Part shown: in pieces, positions 61,897 to 64,000 of the stretch
How positions within the stretch are numbered: the stretch's first letter is position 1
Layout: each line of letters starts with the position of its first letter
Origin: Octopus vulgaris
Lineage: Eukaryota
Direction: 5' to 3'
Assembly: GCA_951406725.2 (NCBI GenBank)
Contig: OX597815.1
Coordinates: forward strand, 212,908,001 to 212,972,000
Length of the DNA stretch: 64,000 nucleotides
Made by a program: the position numbers and the translations under genes
The notes under the pieces: model-generated
What the model was told of the DNA's origin: nothing
Databases searched by the model: none
What the model saw: only the letters and a program-made list of their open reading frames with translations

Positions 61897-62415
61897 GCTT
61901 AAAAGCTGCCCTTTTGGGTGGCTTTTAAGATAGTATATAGCTTTTTAAGTTACTGACCCCAAATGAGAAGATCTACAAACAGATCTCTGACTTGTTTTGG
62001 AGTATTTGTTGCAATTGCTTCCCCCAGAGTCATCTCCCAATCATGATCATATTTGTCACAAAAACATTATGTAAAAAAATCGCCGAAAATAATTGCTGGA
62101 TTTCGCAATTAATTTCAATTCTTCCCAAAATTTATTTCCAAGTTATAAATATTGTTATTGTACAAAAAAATTCATCCAAAATATCGCCAGAAACAATCGT
62201 AGTAATGAAAACTTGAGAATCCAAAAATCCAGTATTGTGGATCTGGATTTAGCCCAGAATGTTCTTAATTTACTCACGGAGTTGGCCTGATTCCAGAATG
62301 GTATACGTTGAGCTACAACCTCTTGGAATAAAGTTGAAAAAGTGCGACACACTGACATTCGCATTTATTATATTATATTAAGGTGAACTGCGATATGGCG
62401 AGTGATTACTGTATG

Positions 62416-62464
<49 letters not shown>

Positions 62465-62487
62465 GTGTGTGTGTGTATGTGTGTAGG

Positions 62488-62556
<69 letters not shown>

Positions 62557-62567
62557 GTATATATATA

Positions 62568-63287
62568 CAGACCCAGGAAAACCTGGGACGAGGTGGTGAA
62601 GCACGACCTTCGAACGTTAGGTCTCACCATGGAAATGACTAGAGACCGAGAACTATGGAAGAATGCTGTGCATGAGAAGACCCAGCAAGACTAGTGAAGC
62701 CATAACCCGTGGCCCCTACCTGGGACGTAGTCAGTCCACCTGTGCATACCTTCCTTCTTGTGACACTTGTGAAGACCTGTTGAGGCAAGTGAAAATCAAA
62801 TCAAATCAAATCAAAAAAAAAAAATAAATAAATAAATAAATAAAATAAAATCAAACCAAATCAAAATGGATGAACATCAATGGAATTTGTATCCTTGTGG
62901 TACCAGTACCGGTGGCACATAAGAAAACCATCCGAACGTGACTGTAGCCAGTACCGCATCGACTGGCCTCCGTGCTGTGGGCACGTAACAAACACCATCC
63001 GATCGTGGCCGTTCGCCAGCCTTGTCTGGCACCTGTGTCGGTGGCACATAAGAAAACACCATCCGAGCGTGGCCGTCTGCCAGCCTTGTCTGGCACCTGT
63101 GTCGGTGGCACATAAAATCACCCACTACACTCTCGGAGTGGTTGGCGTTAGGAAGGGCATCCAGCTGTAGAAACACTGCCAGATCAGACTGGCCTGGTGC
63201 AGCCTTCGGGCTTGCCAGACCCCAGTTGAACCGTCCAACCCATGCTAGCATGGAAAGCGGACGTTAAACGATGATGATGATGATGAT
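62568..63287 (+). mobile_element. 3' end of an RTE-superfamily LINE with a (GAT)n tail
   Basis: [34 protein letters not shown], a long 3' UTR with about 3 copies of a ~60-bp unit, ending GGACGTTAAACGATGATGAT. Confidence 0.8.
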
Positions 63288-64000
63288 ATATATATATACA
63301 TACATATATTAATACATACATATACATATATTAATACATACATATATATATATGTATATATATATATATATCTATATCTATCTATCTATCTATCTCTCTC
63401 TCTCTATATATATAAGAGTTGAAATTTATTGCGACGGCATGTTGTGAGATGTGAAAGATGAACAATGCATGAAGTTTTAAGGAAATATTTATATTTTACT
63501 GTTACATTGTACACACCTTGCCTCAACTGGCAGGTGATAAAATCCTAGAACATGCAAAGTAAAGAAGTTTATTTCGGCCTGTGTGTTCTTATTGTAGTAG
63601 TAAACCATAGAGAGAGATATGGTAATGTGCAGAGAAGAGAAAGTGAGAGAGTGAGGGACGAAACAACTGCTTCGTTGGTGAGACACCATAGTTGTTCTCT
63701 TTGCTTTTTCTTTTTGCGACGCTATTTTGTTTGGCCTGTCAACCAGACTCCTTTCTCACTAACTGAGTTGTCACCAAGTGACTAACTGATTGAGTTGTCA
63801 CTAACTGACTAACTGATTTTTGCTTGGGGTCCTTGTTTTTATAACTGTCTAGAAGGATAGACATATCGTTGAGAACAATGAATTTCGTTGGTGGTACTTG
63901 TTATCCAAATACTAGCTTTTGGTGTCTTATAAGAGGTTAGAAGGGTCAGGTGGTGAAGACATTATTTCGGCCTAGCTAAGGTAATCTGGTAAATGTAAAA

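Noticed and set aside
698-63251. Numerous 60-150 aa ORFs rich in YI, HT, CV or poly-Y/I/M
   Set aside because: These are translations of microsatellites and SINE/LINE tails

Overview
This is AT-rich, microsatellite-dense eukaryotic DNA. The SINE and LINE families suggest a coleoid cephalopod, most likely Octopus (inference). Two host genes are present. (1) The 3' part of a + strand spliced myosin: I traced 17 exons by eye (48-46845), all with GT-AG boundaries and consistent phases, giving 521 aa plus stop. They encode the C-terminal motor domain, one IQ motif and an SH2 domain, the architecture of myosin class XXVIII. (2) A convergent, intronless 550-aa tektin-3-like ORF on the - strand (53462-55114). 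The rest is mobile DNA: a 5'-truncated Penelope-like element (RT + GIY-YIG, one frameshift), an internally deleted Helitron with both termini and a PIF1 fragment, mariner/Tc1/hAT/piggyBac-like relics, RTE/L1-Tx1/RLE LINE fragments, tRNA-derived SINEs and minisatellites. The most interesting hidden signal is a set of minimal type-I hammerhead-ribozyme-like motifs from several unrelated repeat termini, with covarying stems. Some lie inside long inverted repeats within the myosin introns. All coordinates were read manually and no database searches or folding were run.
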